Position numbers and translations under genes: made by a program. A DNA stretch of 64,000 bases, taken from contig NC_043000.1 in the NCBI RefSeq assembly GCF_006345805.1, positions 161,448,001 through 161,512,000 of the forward strand, given 5' to 3'. The notes below the pieces were generated by a model. It saw nothing but the letters and a program-made list of their open reading frames with translations. It had not been told where the DNA came from and did no database searches. Of the stretch, positions 25,106-38,263 are shown in pieces. Source of the DNA: Octopus sinensis (Eukaryota). Numbering within the stretch: position 1 is the first letter of the stretch; the number at the start of each line of letters is the position of its first letter.

Positions 25106-26699
25106 TATATTATAAAGCATTACTATTGTTCTTGTTGTTGTTCTTGCTGCTGATGCTGATGCTATTGTTGTCTTTGCTTTTGCAGCCGTCGACACGTTCA
25201 GTAGAATACCGGGAAGCATATACTGCGATTCTCAGTTAGTGTCTTATATACTTGAAGCTGAGATCCTGCAGAAGACAGCTTCGTCTTTTATTGATGAAAT
25301 TATGTATCAATCGAGTACTTAGGTTAAATTTATCACCTATGTACTCTTTCAAATAGGTTGTATTTGTTGTAAAGTATTTAATTATTACTACCTTTGTGGT
25401 TCGTTTCATTTTGTAGGACGATTAGGAAAAACGCTCGAGCAACAACAGGTGTTATTTTCAAAAACATTTGAGTGCATCAGTTTCGCAAGGCCAAACTCGT
25501 CCCTCAGAATCGAGCAGTTTTTTTTTTGCTTCTTCTGGTAAAGTTGTAGACCATATATACAATTCATAAAATATGTAATTATATAATAATTAGTTACAAT
25601 CACTACAATGTTCGTGGTGAGAGGGATACTTGACTGGTATTTTATCAAATCAGATGAAACGTAGAATGCTAAGGAACGTAACAAATATTCGGTAGGTTCC
25701 TTATCCAGTACTTTCGTAGTTCACCGCCTTAATATGTGCGTCAGTACGCACGCATGTGTACGTGTGTGCGCAGAAAGAGTGGCTGACAGATGGGAAGAAA
25801 AAAGAGAAACGATAGTGTATCATAAAACATACATAAATATTTCTACAAACATTAGGACGAAAACGAAGCCATACATTTCCCTTACAATTTACCATAACGT
25901 TGAATTATTCAAATTTTCCAAACGACAAAGATGTTACAGAAATATTTCTGGTATTCCAGTTAGTAGTTACAGTGTTTATCTACAGTCCCTTGAGTTTTAA
26001 CATTCAGCAGCTAATGATAGCAATGTTTTGCTCAATTGGCAAATGGTTTTGCCAAATTGATATCCGAAACATTTATTGAGACCGAGTGTTAATAATTTTT
26101 GGCTTCATCCAATGCTACAATTGCAACTAAACACGCCTTTACAGTCATATTTGTAAATAACATTTGGTAGAATAAGACATGATTTCAAATTAAAGTACTA
26201 GGAAAATAAAGACGGTCGAAATATTATAGTATGAAACTTGATAGTTTTCACTTTTTGTCTTGAGTCATCACAAAGAAATCCTACTATGCATGACCTTGTC
26301 ATCCAAGTCAGTTTCAATTTTATTGGTTAAAAACAACATTCCTTAAACAAAATAAGAACTGGCATCAGTAAGTGTAGAATAGATATTTCAAATTTTATTC
26401 TAGACATCTATTATGAGAAACACTTCAAATTTATCTCTTACAAATAATACTCAGCTTTAGTTCATGTTCATCTTAATTCAATGTCAACATTAGAACCTCC
26501 TCAATCAGATCACATGTTAATGCTTCTTTTTCAAAGGACAATAATGCAAACTGTTATTAGTAAGAATATAGTTAAGTTACTAAAACCCGCAATACGCACC
26601 TGCTACATATTTTGAGAACCCTGCGTGCGTGAAAGGCACGGGCAAGCACATCAAAATATTATCTGAGCATTTGAAAGGACGAATGTTAATATTTCTTTA

Positions 26700-27113
26700 T
26701 TGCCATCAGGGGGCTAAACATAAAGGGGACAAACAAGGACAGACAAACGGATTAAGTCGATTACACCGACCCCAGCGCGTAACTGGTACTTATTTAATCG
26801 ACACCTAAAAGAATTGGAGGCAAAGTCAACCTCGGTGGAATTTGAACTCAGAACGTAACAGCAGACGAAATACCTATTTCTTTTTCTTTACTACCTACAA
26901 GGGGCTCAACACAGAGAGGACAAACAAGGACAGACAAACGGATTAAGTCGATTATATCGACCCCAGTGCGTAACTGGTACTTATTTAATTGACCCCGAAA
27001 GGATGAAAGGCAAAGTCGACCTCGGCGGAATTTGAACTCAGAACGTAACGGCAGACGAAATACGGTTACGCATTTTGCCCGGCGTGCTAACGTTTCTGCC
27101 AGCTCACTGCCCT
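26700..27113 (-). mobile_element. SINE family B head-to-tail dimer (one full plus one 5'-truncated unit)
   Basis: GGGGCTAAACATA..GACAAACAAGGACAGACAAACGGATTAAGTCG..GACGAAATAC occurs twice in tandem. Confidence 0.9.
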
Positions 27114-28200
27114 GACGAGTGTAAATATTAGAAGTCATTTAGTTCGGCGTTTTATGGTTCCTGCCACATTATATTTATGTTTAAATTGACATGATGTAGT
27201 GCATAGATTACATTAATGACTTGCAACGGTTCTAAAATTTCGAAATGTTTCTTGATGAGATCAAAGATATTTCAATTACCTGATATGATTTTTAATGAAA
27301 TGATTTCTGTCACTCATCATCATCGGCTACAAATATCAAAGGAAGCTAACGAGGTAGCTAGACCTGCATGAGATATCAGCCAAATCTTCCATTCTCTTAA
27401 CTCATACCCTTCCGCCTAGAATAAAGGCACATTGACTACTGTCAAACTAGTAACACCCTCAGAATGAGGATGGTTACAGCATGAATTCTGTTAATCAACA
27501 ACTATTTCAAGGTCGAGCTAACGATGGAGCCTTCACGCTATCGTTTGACCTACAGAAATAGTAAACAAATCTCTCCCCCCCCTCTCTCTCTCTCTCATTA
27601 GATTAATTTAGACTAAACTACTTTTAAAGAAATAGTATAATCGAATATAGAATGCATATGGCCAGAATTAAGCCATGGCAATATGTTTAAAAATTTCTCT
27701 TCGCAGCTACAATTCCATTACGTAGAATCTTCGAAAATGTTTTCTAGAATAACTTTGAGTCGACCAAAGTTTTGTATGTGAAACTGGAAAATTATCGCAA
27801 TGACTGACTGTTCTTGATATTGGACTGCATACCTAACCTGCCACCCGACACACTTCATGTAGCGTATCTAATGCAAGTCACTTAGAGAGAGCATACACTT
27901 ATCCAAGTTTTACCTAAGGAGAAACTGAAGTCTGCGGTGCACTCAAACAAAGCTCTTCTCTTTTTAAGTAAACAACCTTATCGTTTCTTTATAGCAGAGA
28001 GTTTGTAAGTTAGTTTATGAAATGAATATCAAAATGTTTGAATTGGAAATATTTATTGGGGAGGGAATGACTAGATTAGCACAATGTCTAATATCATTAC
28101 TACGTGAGTACGAAAGGCAACACCAGACGTGTCGATTTTATTAGAAATCCCCTTACAAATATAGACTAAATCACACTTGCCGGGAAACTGATGAACGTAT

Positions 28201-28396
28201 TTATTTAATTTTTTTATTTCACCTAGTTTCAGCTCTCGAGCTGTGGCCATTTGGTGTTGCTGCATGATTGTACTTCACGAATGCTTTTTAGCAATTTGAC
28301 ATTTGATACATGAGAGAGTTTGATGCAGCTGCCCTCATCTGCACCTCCTGCCACGAAGTTGGTTCATCTGGGACCCTTGACAGGAATAGGTCCAGC
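28201..28396 (-). mobile_element. 3' end relic of a CR1-like LINE
   Basis: Minus-strand translation LDLFLSRVPDEPTS..AAASNSL resembles [17 protein letters not shown] of the 31-kb LINE; tail ATGGCCACAGCTCGAGAGCTGAAAC. Confidence 0.7.
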
Positions 28397-28929
28397 ATTA
28401 TTTATCTTTATTACTAAAGATATGTACAATATTACACTCGTACACGTGAATAATTAGCATATCTGGTAATTATATGCCTAGTTTTGCACAACGTAGCGCG
28501 CTAGGAAAAATTCGATGACCTTTCAGATAATAACTAAACAACCTACCAACTCAGCATATACATTAAACCATGTACAGGTTTAATGTACACTCATTTTATA
28601 CGATATCATGCAAATGGATGCTAAACAAAGAAGTTCGCTTTGAAACTATGTGATTGCGAGTTCTATCACGACGCGAGAATCTTTCAGTTACAGTCTTCTA
28701 CAACAGACTTAGGCTGAGCAGTATTTTGTATGTAGGATTAATTACACGGAAATCTTTCATGTACATGTACGATGAGATTTTCTCGTAGTCAACCAAAGAC
28801 AGTTATACAGTTTCCTACCCAAATGTTTTGCGTATTATGATGAAATGTATTTAGTGTATATTAGGCGTTGCCTGATCATTTCTAGCTACCTATCATCCAG
28901 GAAACCATTATATCTTACATTCGAACAAA

Positions 28930-29480
28930 TGAAACCTTCCAATCCTAAGCTATTCATGAAATCTCAGGAAAATAATTGCAGAATTCCAAATTATTAAAAG
29001 CCGACAGCAACCACGAAATCTAAAATCACTCTTAACAAAGGCGAAGTTCATATCAGAAGAAATAATGGAGACAAGAAAATGCTGAGATATTGTAGAAATT
29101 TGAAATAATTGAATGGAGTAAGATCTAAATCTTGGAGAATGGGGGAAAATTGAAGGTTAATGTACATATGAATTGCAACACAAAATAATTTCATTTACTG
29201 CATCAAAGTAAAAAGAAATGCCATGAAAATTATAAAGACCAAACAGGATCAAAATAAATTTATTGACCCAGGTACACTAGCAACAAACCAGTGTCATCTG
29301 TTGGAAAAATCCCCCATACTGGACATCAAGATAATTGTGCAAATAGAAAATTCTGAATATTCCTTTTTCGCACAATAAAAAAAGAAAATTATCAACTACG
29401 AAAGATAAAAGAATGTTGTACAATAATACTAAATCCGAGACTAAAGCAGATATCACCGATACAGCTACTAAAAGCAACAA
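28930..29480 (+). pseudogene. Degraded Penelope-like element, GIY-YIG region
   Basis: IIKSRQQPRNLKSLLTKAKF, MNC, DQTG, DNCANRKF*IF align to the 33.7-34.5 kb ORF. Confidence 0.7.
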
Positions 29481-29698
29481 TCTCTGTACAGATTAACCCA
29501 TAACATGAGTATTTCAACATGCAGTAAAATGTTGAAGTGCATACATATTACAGTAAAATATTTCCCCAAAATTTATGTCATTCTACCCTTTAAAGATTTT
29601 CTTTTCAATAATCAGTATTTTTTAATTCAAGCAAACATTTCTTCACATATGATTGCATCAAGATTTCTTTCTAAATATTCAAATATACATGTGTGTGC

Positions 29699-29737
<39 letters not shown>

Positions 29738-29768
29738 ATATATATATGTATATATATATGTATATATA

Positions 29769-30151
29769 TCTCTCTCTATATAAACGGCAGTTTGTCTGTG
29801 CGTGTTTCTGTGTGTCTGTTTGCTTGTACCCTCACCCTGACCACGGCTTTCAACCGATTCTGATGAAACTTGACACACACATAGCCCAATGTCATAATTC
29901 AAAACTAACGCAGCGAAAATTTTGAAAAGTTCACCCAGTTCTGAAAAATATCGCTAATTCGACATGGGGTCGAGAATCAGAAACACAAACCACAAACTGT
30001 CTAGGGGACGCAACTCCACCTTTTTTAACTCTCAAAAAAAATTTACCATCATTTTTTTCCATTTTTTTGCTATTTTTTGGCTATAACTCTCTACAAATGC
30101 TTTATAGTTATTTCCCTTACAAACCTGAGCAACGCCGGGCGATACTGCTAG
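29769..30151 (+). mobile_element. Non-autonomous Helitron, copy 1 of a tandem pair
   Basis: A|TCTCTCTCTATATAAA 5' end, TGTC-rich tract, ACCGATTCTGATGAAACTTG, 3' hairpin plus CTAG|T. Confidence 0.85.
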
Positions 30152-30175
30152 TATATGTATATATATATATATGTT

Positions 30176-30270
<95 letters not shown>

Positions 30271-30316
30271 TATATATGTGTATATATATATATGTATATA
30301 TATATATGTATATATA

Positions 30317-30700
30317 TCTCTCTCTATATAAACGGCAGTTTGTCTGTGCGTGTTTCTGTGTGTCTGTTTGCTTGTACCCTCACCCTGACCACGGCTTTCA
30401 ACCGATTCTGATGAAACTTGACACACACATAGCCCAATGTCATAATTCAAAACTAACGCAGCGAAAATTTTGAAAAGTTCACCCAGTTCTGAAAAATATC
30501 GCTAAATTCGACATGGGGTCGAGAATCAGAAACACAAACCACAAACTGTCTAGGGGACGCAACTCCACCTTTTTTAACTCTCAAAAAAAATTTACCATCA
30601 TTTTTTTCCATTTTTTTGCTATTTTTTGGCTATAACTCTCTACAAATGCTTTATAGTTATTTCCCTTACAAACCTGAGCAACGCCGGGCGATACTGCTAG
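30317..30700 (+). mobile_element. Non-autonomous Helitron, copy 2 of a tandem pair
   Basis: Identical to copy 1 except one visible 1-bp indel (GCTAATTC / GCTAAATTC). Confidence 0.85.
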
Positions 30701-30728
30701 TATATGTATATATATATATGTTTATATA

Positions 30729-30823
<95 letters not shown>

Positions 30824-30827
30824 GTAT

Positions 30828-30879
<52 letters not shown>

Positions 30880-30887
30880 GTATATAC

Positions 30888-32802
30888 TTTACTTTGATAC
30901 TTTGATAGGTTTCGGCCATTATTGGCCCAGGCCATATCTAACTTAATAGCACCACCTGGTGAAGTCTTTCAAGTCAGAATTTGGGCACTATGGCCCACTC
31001 AAGTAGAGAGTTATTGTTTACAGAGACATATCCGGGTGTAGGGGGTTTATCCGGGATTTCTTGAAGGAATATGTCCAAAGACTTCTTGAACCCTATAGGG
31101 TCAGTTTCTGTTTTAATGTGTTTTGGTGTAATGTTAAAGAGAGCGGGGCCAATTGAGGTGAAATAATTGTGCCGTATTGTTGTTATGAGATGAGAGTACG
31201 ATTTTTGTTTTGGGCGGATGGCACGGGGCCCAAGCCTTGGATGTACCTTAAAGGTGATGCCAACATCATTTGGGCAATGCTGATGGAATATTTTCCACAT
31301 CATGCAGATGATGTAGCGCTCACGACGACGTTGGAGAGAATAGAGTTTTAGCTTTTCTAGTCGACCCCAATAGTCGAGGCCTGTCATGCCATCTATCTTT
31401 TTTGTGATTGCCCTTTGAGGTGCTTCAACTTTTATGATACCTTGTATTGTGTGGGGAGACCACAGTGGACAACAGTATTCAAGGTGGGGTCGGGCAAAAG
31501 TGGAGAAGAGAAGGATAATGGTGTGGATATCTCTCGACTGGAAAGTTCTGAGAATCCAGGAACACATTCTGCGGGCCATGTCAACTTTGGTGTTTATATG
31601 AGTGGCCCAGCTTACGTTGTTGTCCACAATTACTCCCAAGTCTCTGATGTTGTTGGACGCCGCGAGAGTTTCACCTGAAGGAAGGGAGTATGGGAGTTTC
31701 AGGGCATCCTCTTTTCCAAAGTGGATTAGCTCAAATTTATCCTCGTTCAGCAGCATATTGTTTTTTTCTGCCCATTGGATAACAGCCAGTAGATCTGACT
31801 GAAGGCATGTCCGGTCACTCGCCTCATTTATGACCTTCTGTAGCTTGGAGTCATCTGCAAAGATTTTTATGTTGCTGTGCTTGATGATGTCATTAATGTC
31901 ATTAATGTAAATGATGAAAAGAAGTGGGCCCAGCACAGTGCCTTGCGGAACGCCACTACTGACTTTGGCTGGGCTTGATTTTACCCCTTCAACTACAACA
32001 TGTTGAGATCTGTCTGTCAGGAAACACTTAATCCATTTCAGTAACTTTCCAGAGACACCAATGTTGGATAGTTTTTTCAATAGGATCTTGTGATCGACCC
32101 TGTCGAAGGCCGTACTGAAATCAAGGTAGATGACATCGGTGTTGGAGCCCTCTCCCAAAGCTCTCAAAATGTCCTCAAAGTGATGCAGGAGCTGCGTTAG
32201 GCAGTCCCTTCCATTACGGAACCCATGTTGGTTGGAGATCAGCCGTCTGTTGCTTTCCAGAAATTGGGTTATTCGAGATCTCACCACCCTCTCAAATACC
32301 TTGATGATATGAGAGGTGAGTGAGATCGGACGGTAATTCACTGCAAGGGACTTGTTTCCCTTTTTGAAAACTGGGACAACAGACTGGGACAGAAGGTTTT
32401 TTGGAATATAGCCAGCATCCAGTGAGTTTCTCCACAGATTAGCAAGGGGAGATGCAAGTTGGTGTCGACACACCTTCAGGACACAAGCAGGGAACCTATC
32501 GGGGCCTACTGCTGAATTGTGTTTTATTTCGTTTATCGCCGCTAAGACATCAGGGGCACTAAACGTTATGTCCAATATAGTGTGTTGGGGGTTGACATCA
32601 CTGATACAGCCCAGATCGGCCATATCAGGATTGCTGAAAACAGAGCAGTATTGTTTCTGCAGTATCTCGGCCATGGATTTGGCATTATCTTGGAGAGTGC
32701 CAGTTTCGTCAATTAGAGGGCCTACAGTGGAGACAGTGACCCTGCGTTTCCTCGCAAATGAAAAGAACACTTTGGGGTTGAGTTTGATTTTTTCAATGGC
32801 CC

Positions 32803-32803
<1 letters not shown>
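30888..32803 (-). mobile_element. 5'-truncated CR1-group LINE with an uninterrupted RT frame (30974-32803, 610 codons)
   Basis: [75 protein letters not shown]; 3' UTR stem GGCC-AATAAT-GGCC-GAAAC with (ATCAAAGT)-like tail; no endonuclease domain. Confidence 0.95.
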
Positions 32804-32848
<45 letters not shown>

Positions 32849-32887
32849 GTATATATATATATTATATATATATATATATATATATGT

Positions 32888-32923
<36 letters not shown>

Positions 32924-32942
32924 ATGTATATATATATAATAC

Positions 32943-33029
<87 letters not shown>

Positions 33030-33293
33030 ATGTATATGTATGTATATGTATGTATATATATGTATATATATATATATATATGTATATGTATGTATATATA
33101 TGTATGTATGTATATGTATATATGTATATATGTATATGTATGTATATGTATATATATATATGTATATATATTATGTATATGTATATATATGTATATATAT
33201 ATATGTATATGTATATATATATGTATATATATATATGTATATGTATATATATATGTAATATATATATATAATATGTATATGTATATATATATG

Positions 33294-33349
<56 letters not shown>

Positions 33350-33403
33350 ATGTATATGTATATATATGTATATATATATGTATATATATGTATATATATG
33401 TAT
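32804..33403 (+). repeat. (TA)n/(TATG)n microsatellite, ~600 bp
   Basis: Seen directly. Confidence 0.95.
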
Positions 33404-35100
33404 AAAACTGGAAAAGGTATTTAGATGATTGTTTCATCATATGGAAAGAACCTTATGAAATACTCCTGGAATTCAAAACCATACTAAACAACATACATCC
33501 CAACATCCAATTCACTATGGAATTAAGCAAACATCATCTCCCATTCCTTGATCTCCTAATTATAAAAACACCTAAGAACCAAATCATAACAGACATCTAC
33601 CACAAACCCACAGACTCACAACAATACCTCCTCTTTAGTTCATGCCACCCAAAATACACCAAGACAAATATCCCTTTTAATTTGGCTAAAAGGGTATGCA
33701 CCATTGTCTCAGATACAAAAACACGAGAAATACGCCTTCAAGACCTCAAAAATCACTATTACAACGCCAATATCCCCCCACCCTTATAGAGTATGGAATA
33801 AAACGCGCCAAAGAACTAGATAACATTACACTGAAAACTACCCAACCTAACACCACACACAACCTCAAAATACTTCCATACATTTCCACCCACAACCCCA
33901 AAAATATCGAAGCATACACCACAATCATACAAAACCTCAGTCTACTGTCAACAGACCCAAAAATGAAAAACATTATAAATACACACAAAATTCTCAAATG
34001 TAAAAGGCAACACAAATCTTTAAAAAAACTCTTGACAAATGCCAAACTTCACACACCACATCCACCCCCAGCAGTAAAAAAATGTGCACGCCCAAACTGT
34101 GGTACCTGCCCCCTCCTACTTGAAGGCTCTGAATTTACCTTCAAACAAGGTACGAAGTTTAAAATCAAGACTAACTTCTCCTGTTCCTCCGAGAAACTTA
34201 TCTACGGTCTCACATGCGCTGGTTGCCAACATAGTTATGTTGGACAAACGAGTCTCCCGTTACGTAAACGAGTAGCGGTGCATAAAGAACAAATAAATCT
34301 CCCGGAATACCGACAAATTCCACTGAGTGACCACATAGACTCATGCGCTAAAGACTTAAACCCCAAATTCTATATATTCCCCTTCTACCAATGTAAAGAC
34401 GGGATCACCACACAGGAGAGAATTAACAAGGAGAATCTCTTTATTGAAAAATTCCAAACACAACTTAATATACAAACTCCTCGTTGATCAAACTTTCCCT
34501 TTTCTACCTCATTCTTCATGGATGGACTCACACAAATATATAAGGATTTTATAATTTGGGGTTTATTAGCAGCCTTTATTACAGGCGATTTTGTGAAACA
34601 AAAATTGAAGAACTCAAAAGAGTTGTCTCCCCTTATTCACAACACAGGAACTGAAGAACCACAATTACTACTACTTCCTGTTTTTGCCAACATCCTTAAT
34701 TAAACCAAACAACACGTGGTCTTAATCCCATCGGATCCTAATACCTCAAGGTAACTTTTTCGTGAACTATCATTAAACTCAAGATACACAACGAACTCAC
34801 AATGTATCGGAGTACTTATTTTTTAATTTTTGTACACATTTATTATTATTCTTTTGCAAAAAAACAATACAACTTTCTTTTTTCCCCTTTCTCATTTAAA
34901 AAAAAAACTTTTGTTACATAACTATTCTTGATAAGTCACACTATGACGAAAACCGGTTTGAATAAATATATATTTATATATTTTTTCAATTTCCCATTTC
35001 ATTAAAATTTTCTTTAAATCTGGCATTCTGCATTTTTACAATTTTTCCTTGCTTATCATTTCTCCACGTGCGGTCAACACAACCCCACTATTTATTGATC
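33404..35100 (+). mobile_element. 5'-truncated Penelope-like element (Neptune-type): RT C-terminus, Cys linker, GIY-YIG endonuclease, 3' pseudo-LTR
   Basis: [12 protein letters not shown] (33409-), LPFLDLLI, YHKPTDSQQYL, HPKYTKTNIP, C-ARPNCGTC linker, LIYGLTC..C..SYVGQT..LRKR..H, KE..FI..LN; one frameshift in the A5 run at 33748-33752; stop at 34487. Confidence 0.93.
34923..34964 (+). ncRNA. Minimal type-I hammerhead in the Penelope 3' region (U3-A8 core variant)
   Basis: tattc-TTGATAA-gtca-cacta-tgac-GAAA-accggt-TT-gaata; 5-bp helix I, 4-bp helix II, palindrome AACCGGTT. Confidence 0.75.
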
Positions 35101-36154
35101 TATGTATATATATATATATTATATATATATATATGTATTATATATATATATAATATATATGTATATGTATGTATGTATATATATATGTAAGAGAGGATCA
35201 TGTGATGGCGTGTACCGGAATTTCACTAATTATCTTAGATATATGTGTTGTAATGGTCACAAAATAACCTCTTGGGCTTTCCACTCACCACCCAAAAGAA
35301 CATGCAACGTATGTCAGCGGAGGTTAATGATGGCTGCACCAGTACTCGATTGATATTTAGCTTTAGCTGAACACACAGGAGGAACATGAAATAAATTATA
35401 TTGCAAAAGAATACAACACACCGATCGATCTAACAACCAAACTCTTGACTTTATAATCGTTAAGCCAACACCATAGTTACACGTTTTTGCACGCACCTAC
35501 ATGCATACATATTATTTCAATGAAATAAAACATCGGCAAGTAAACCGAACAAAAAGTTCTTGCGATATTTGTTCTGCACCGAGTTACATATTGTTTCTTA
35601 ACATTAAAAATTGGAAATGAATCATACACTTTAATTGCTGAGATATAACAAAGAATTAATTAATGTCAATAATTCTTGTAATTTTAGTTATGGACAATTA
35701 GTGCATGTTTCTTATCGTAATGGATTTCTACTCTATAAAGCAATCTTTTGGAAATGTACCTACCTGGCAAATGATTTGATTTGAGACCATTTATTGAAAT
35801 TAAAACAATTACAGCATGGAAGACGCATATAAGTCATTAAAAAAAACACATAAAATCATTTAACCTGACTTAATCATCTATTATTTGGCTTGAGATACTG
35901 CGACAAAAATTTGTCTCCAAATTGTAATGATTAAGCAACCTTGTGTCAAGTTCAAATTTGTGCTTAATGTATGGTTCATTCAAGAACCATGCTGCCAGTT
36001 TCTTGTGCGAGACACGGTCAAAGTTACGAAGATTAGAATATATTGTCTGAAATTCAGTTTTAACTACTCTCAGATAGCTATTCTATTTCACAGTTTCCTT
36101 ATATCTGTAAATTCAGCATGTTGAGAAACTGCCAAAAGTCTGCAGCACCCGCAA

Positions 36155-36442
36155 GTGGAAGCGCAATGGCCCAATGATTAGGGCAGCGGACTAGCGATCG
36201 GAGGATCGTGGTTTCGATTCCCAGACCGGGCGTTGTGTGTGTTTATTGCGCGAAAACACCTAAAGCTCCACGAGGCTCCGGCAGGGGGTGGTGGCGATCC
36301 CTGTTGTACTCTTTCGCTCCAACTTTCTTTCACTTTTCCTTCCTGAGCCTGGATGCGCATTCATCCATTCGTCGATGCTCTCGGTGTCGAGGGTTGACCT
36401 GCTTTCTCTTCTGCGGGTCTTACGAATAGCAAAGGACCACAT
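36155..36442 (+). mobile_element. tRNA-derived SINE family C2, internally deleted or diverged
   Basis: GTGGAAGCGCAATGGCCCA.TG.TTAGGGCAGCGGACT..GGTTTCGATTCCCAGACC; matches the reverse complement of 57595-57978. Confidence 0.85.
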
Positions 36443-36849
36443 TTTGAACTGCAGACAGTCCTGAGACGCTCAACAAACAAACAAACAAACAAACAAGTAG
36501 CCCCCGCACAAACATTTCATATACTACTCACACATTTTTGTGTCATAAGAAAGAAGAATTTAGTAGTTCGCTGGATAGAATAGAGGAAGGCATACGACAA
36601 TAATCTGCACTGCCGACTCTTGGAGTGCCTGAGGATGCTCGGAGCCAATGAAGATAAATAGCTTTGGGGGGGGGGAGCAATGAAAGGGTGAGAAATAGAA
36701 CAGACATGTGCCAATGAATCGCTAGGAAACCTGAAAATACGCAGGGAAATTTTCTAAGGAGATACCCTCTCTCCACTACCCTTCGTCATTTCACTAAAAC
36801 GTCGGAAAATTACACTGAGGAAGTCCTAGCTTGCCTGTTAGTTTACCAA

Positions 36850-37105
36850 AACTAAGATTAAAATAGATAACTTGCTTTATATAGATGACCTCAAACTACA
36901 TACAAAAAGTAAAAATGAACAAGATTCTCTGATCCAAACAGCTTACTGTATTCAGCAAAGATACCACAAAAGAAATTCTGATGGCATCAAAATTATCAGA
37001 AGATAACATCACTAGATGGCTATGGAACAATGAAGGATACAAATACCTTGGGGTACTACAAGAAGATTAAATAATGGAAGAGGAAAAGACAAAGAAATTT
37101 TGTCA
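36850..37105 (+). pseudogene. R4/Dong-like LINE RT fragment
   Basis: NNLLYIDDLKL..K.EQDSLIQT and EGYKYLGVL motifs. Confidence 0.7.
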
Positions 37106-37894
37106 CGCCCCCTGACTGATCAAATTCGATATATTTGCCCAATGCACCAGGACCTATCATTCAGGGATCGGTTTACTTAGACATTTGAGAGATTGTTGCT
37201 CTTCCTCATGACCTTCGAACACAAAGAACTACCATCATCTTCTTATTTTATTGCTACCAAAAGAATGAAAGCCAAAATCGACCTCGGCAGAATTTGAACT
37301 CAGAACGTAAATAATGTACACAATTCCTCATCTCTTAAATATAGAACTGTATTAGTACAACTTTCCCCAGATATTTCTAATATATTTTCATTCTTGCTAT
37401 TTTGGTCGTCAAAACGTTCTAGCTCATACTAAAATTTTTTTTGTCACTATTTTCAGCTTCCGCATTAAATTATACTTATAAAGATGTTTCTCATTCAATT
37501 TTCTCTAGCATTTTCAACCACTTTCATTTTGGATATACAATATTAGTAGTCAAATGTAAATCTGTTTTAAGTGGACCTTTAGTTAATTTAGCCCAGAGCC
37601 CCACAAAAGCCAGATTTACTTTAGATTTCCTACATTGTATTTCACAAGAGGTTATTTTTTTTTTATATATATCTTTATGTCATTGCACTATTTTGGGCTG
37701 GTCTAATGTGATTACTGATGACAACCGCCAAATTTTAGCTGCTATTATTCATCGTGCATTTATCCAAAACTTAAAAATATGTTCTTTTTTAACCTTATTT
37801 TTCTTCAACAGTGTAATTATCCCCTTCTTTCAATACTCTCAAACCCTTCTTTCAATACTCTCAAACTGCTATCTTTGTTCTTTTGTCTTTTACT

Positions 37895-38263
37895 TATTTC
37901 TGTCATTTGACTGCGGCCATTCTGGGGCATCGCGTTGAAAAGTTTTCAGTCGAGGAAATCGACCCAAGGACATTTTCTTAAGCCTAATACTTATTCTATC
38001 AGTCTGTTTTGCCGAACCGCTGGATCACACACACACACACACACACAGAGGCACAAACACGCGCGCACGCACACACATACACACACACATACATATACGA
38101 TGGGCTTCTTTCAGTTTCCGCCAACCAAATCCATTCATAAGACTTTGATCGGCCCGAGTCTAAGGTAGAAGACACTTTCCCAAGGTCCCACACAGTACAA
38201 GTGAACCAGGAATCATGTAGTTGGAAATCTAGTTTGTTACCACACAGCCACGCCTGCGCCTAC
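37895..38263 (-). mobile_element. SINE family A
   Basis: Reverse complement of the tail (GTCATTTGACTGCGGCCA) through the head (TACCACACAGCCACGCCTGCGCC). Confidence 0.85.

Noticed and set aside
30900-30940. Hammerhead in the LINE tail (GGCC..GGCC-GAAAC)
   Set aside because: No CUGANGA core upstream; it is the LINE 3' recognition stem-loop.
36155-36230. tRNA gene (also the heads at 22200-22272, 40660-40730 and 57900-57978)
   Set aside because: These continue into SINE bodies and lack a complete cloverleaf, so they are SINE heads.
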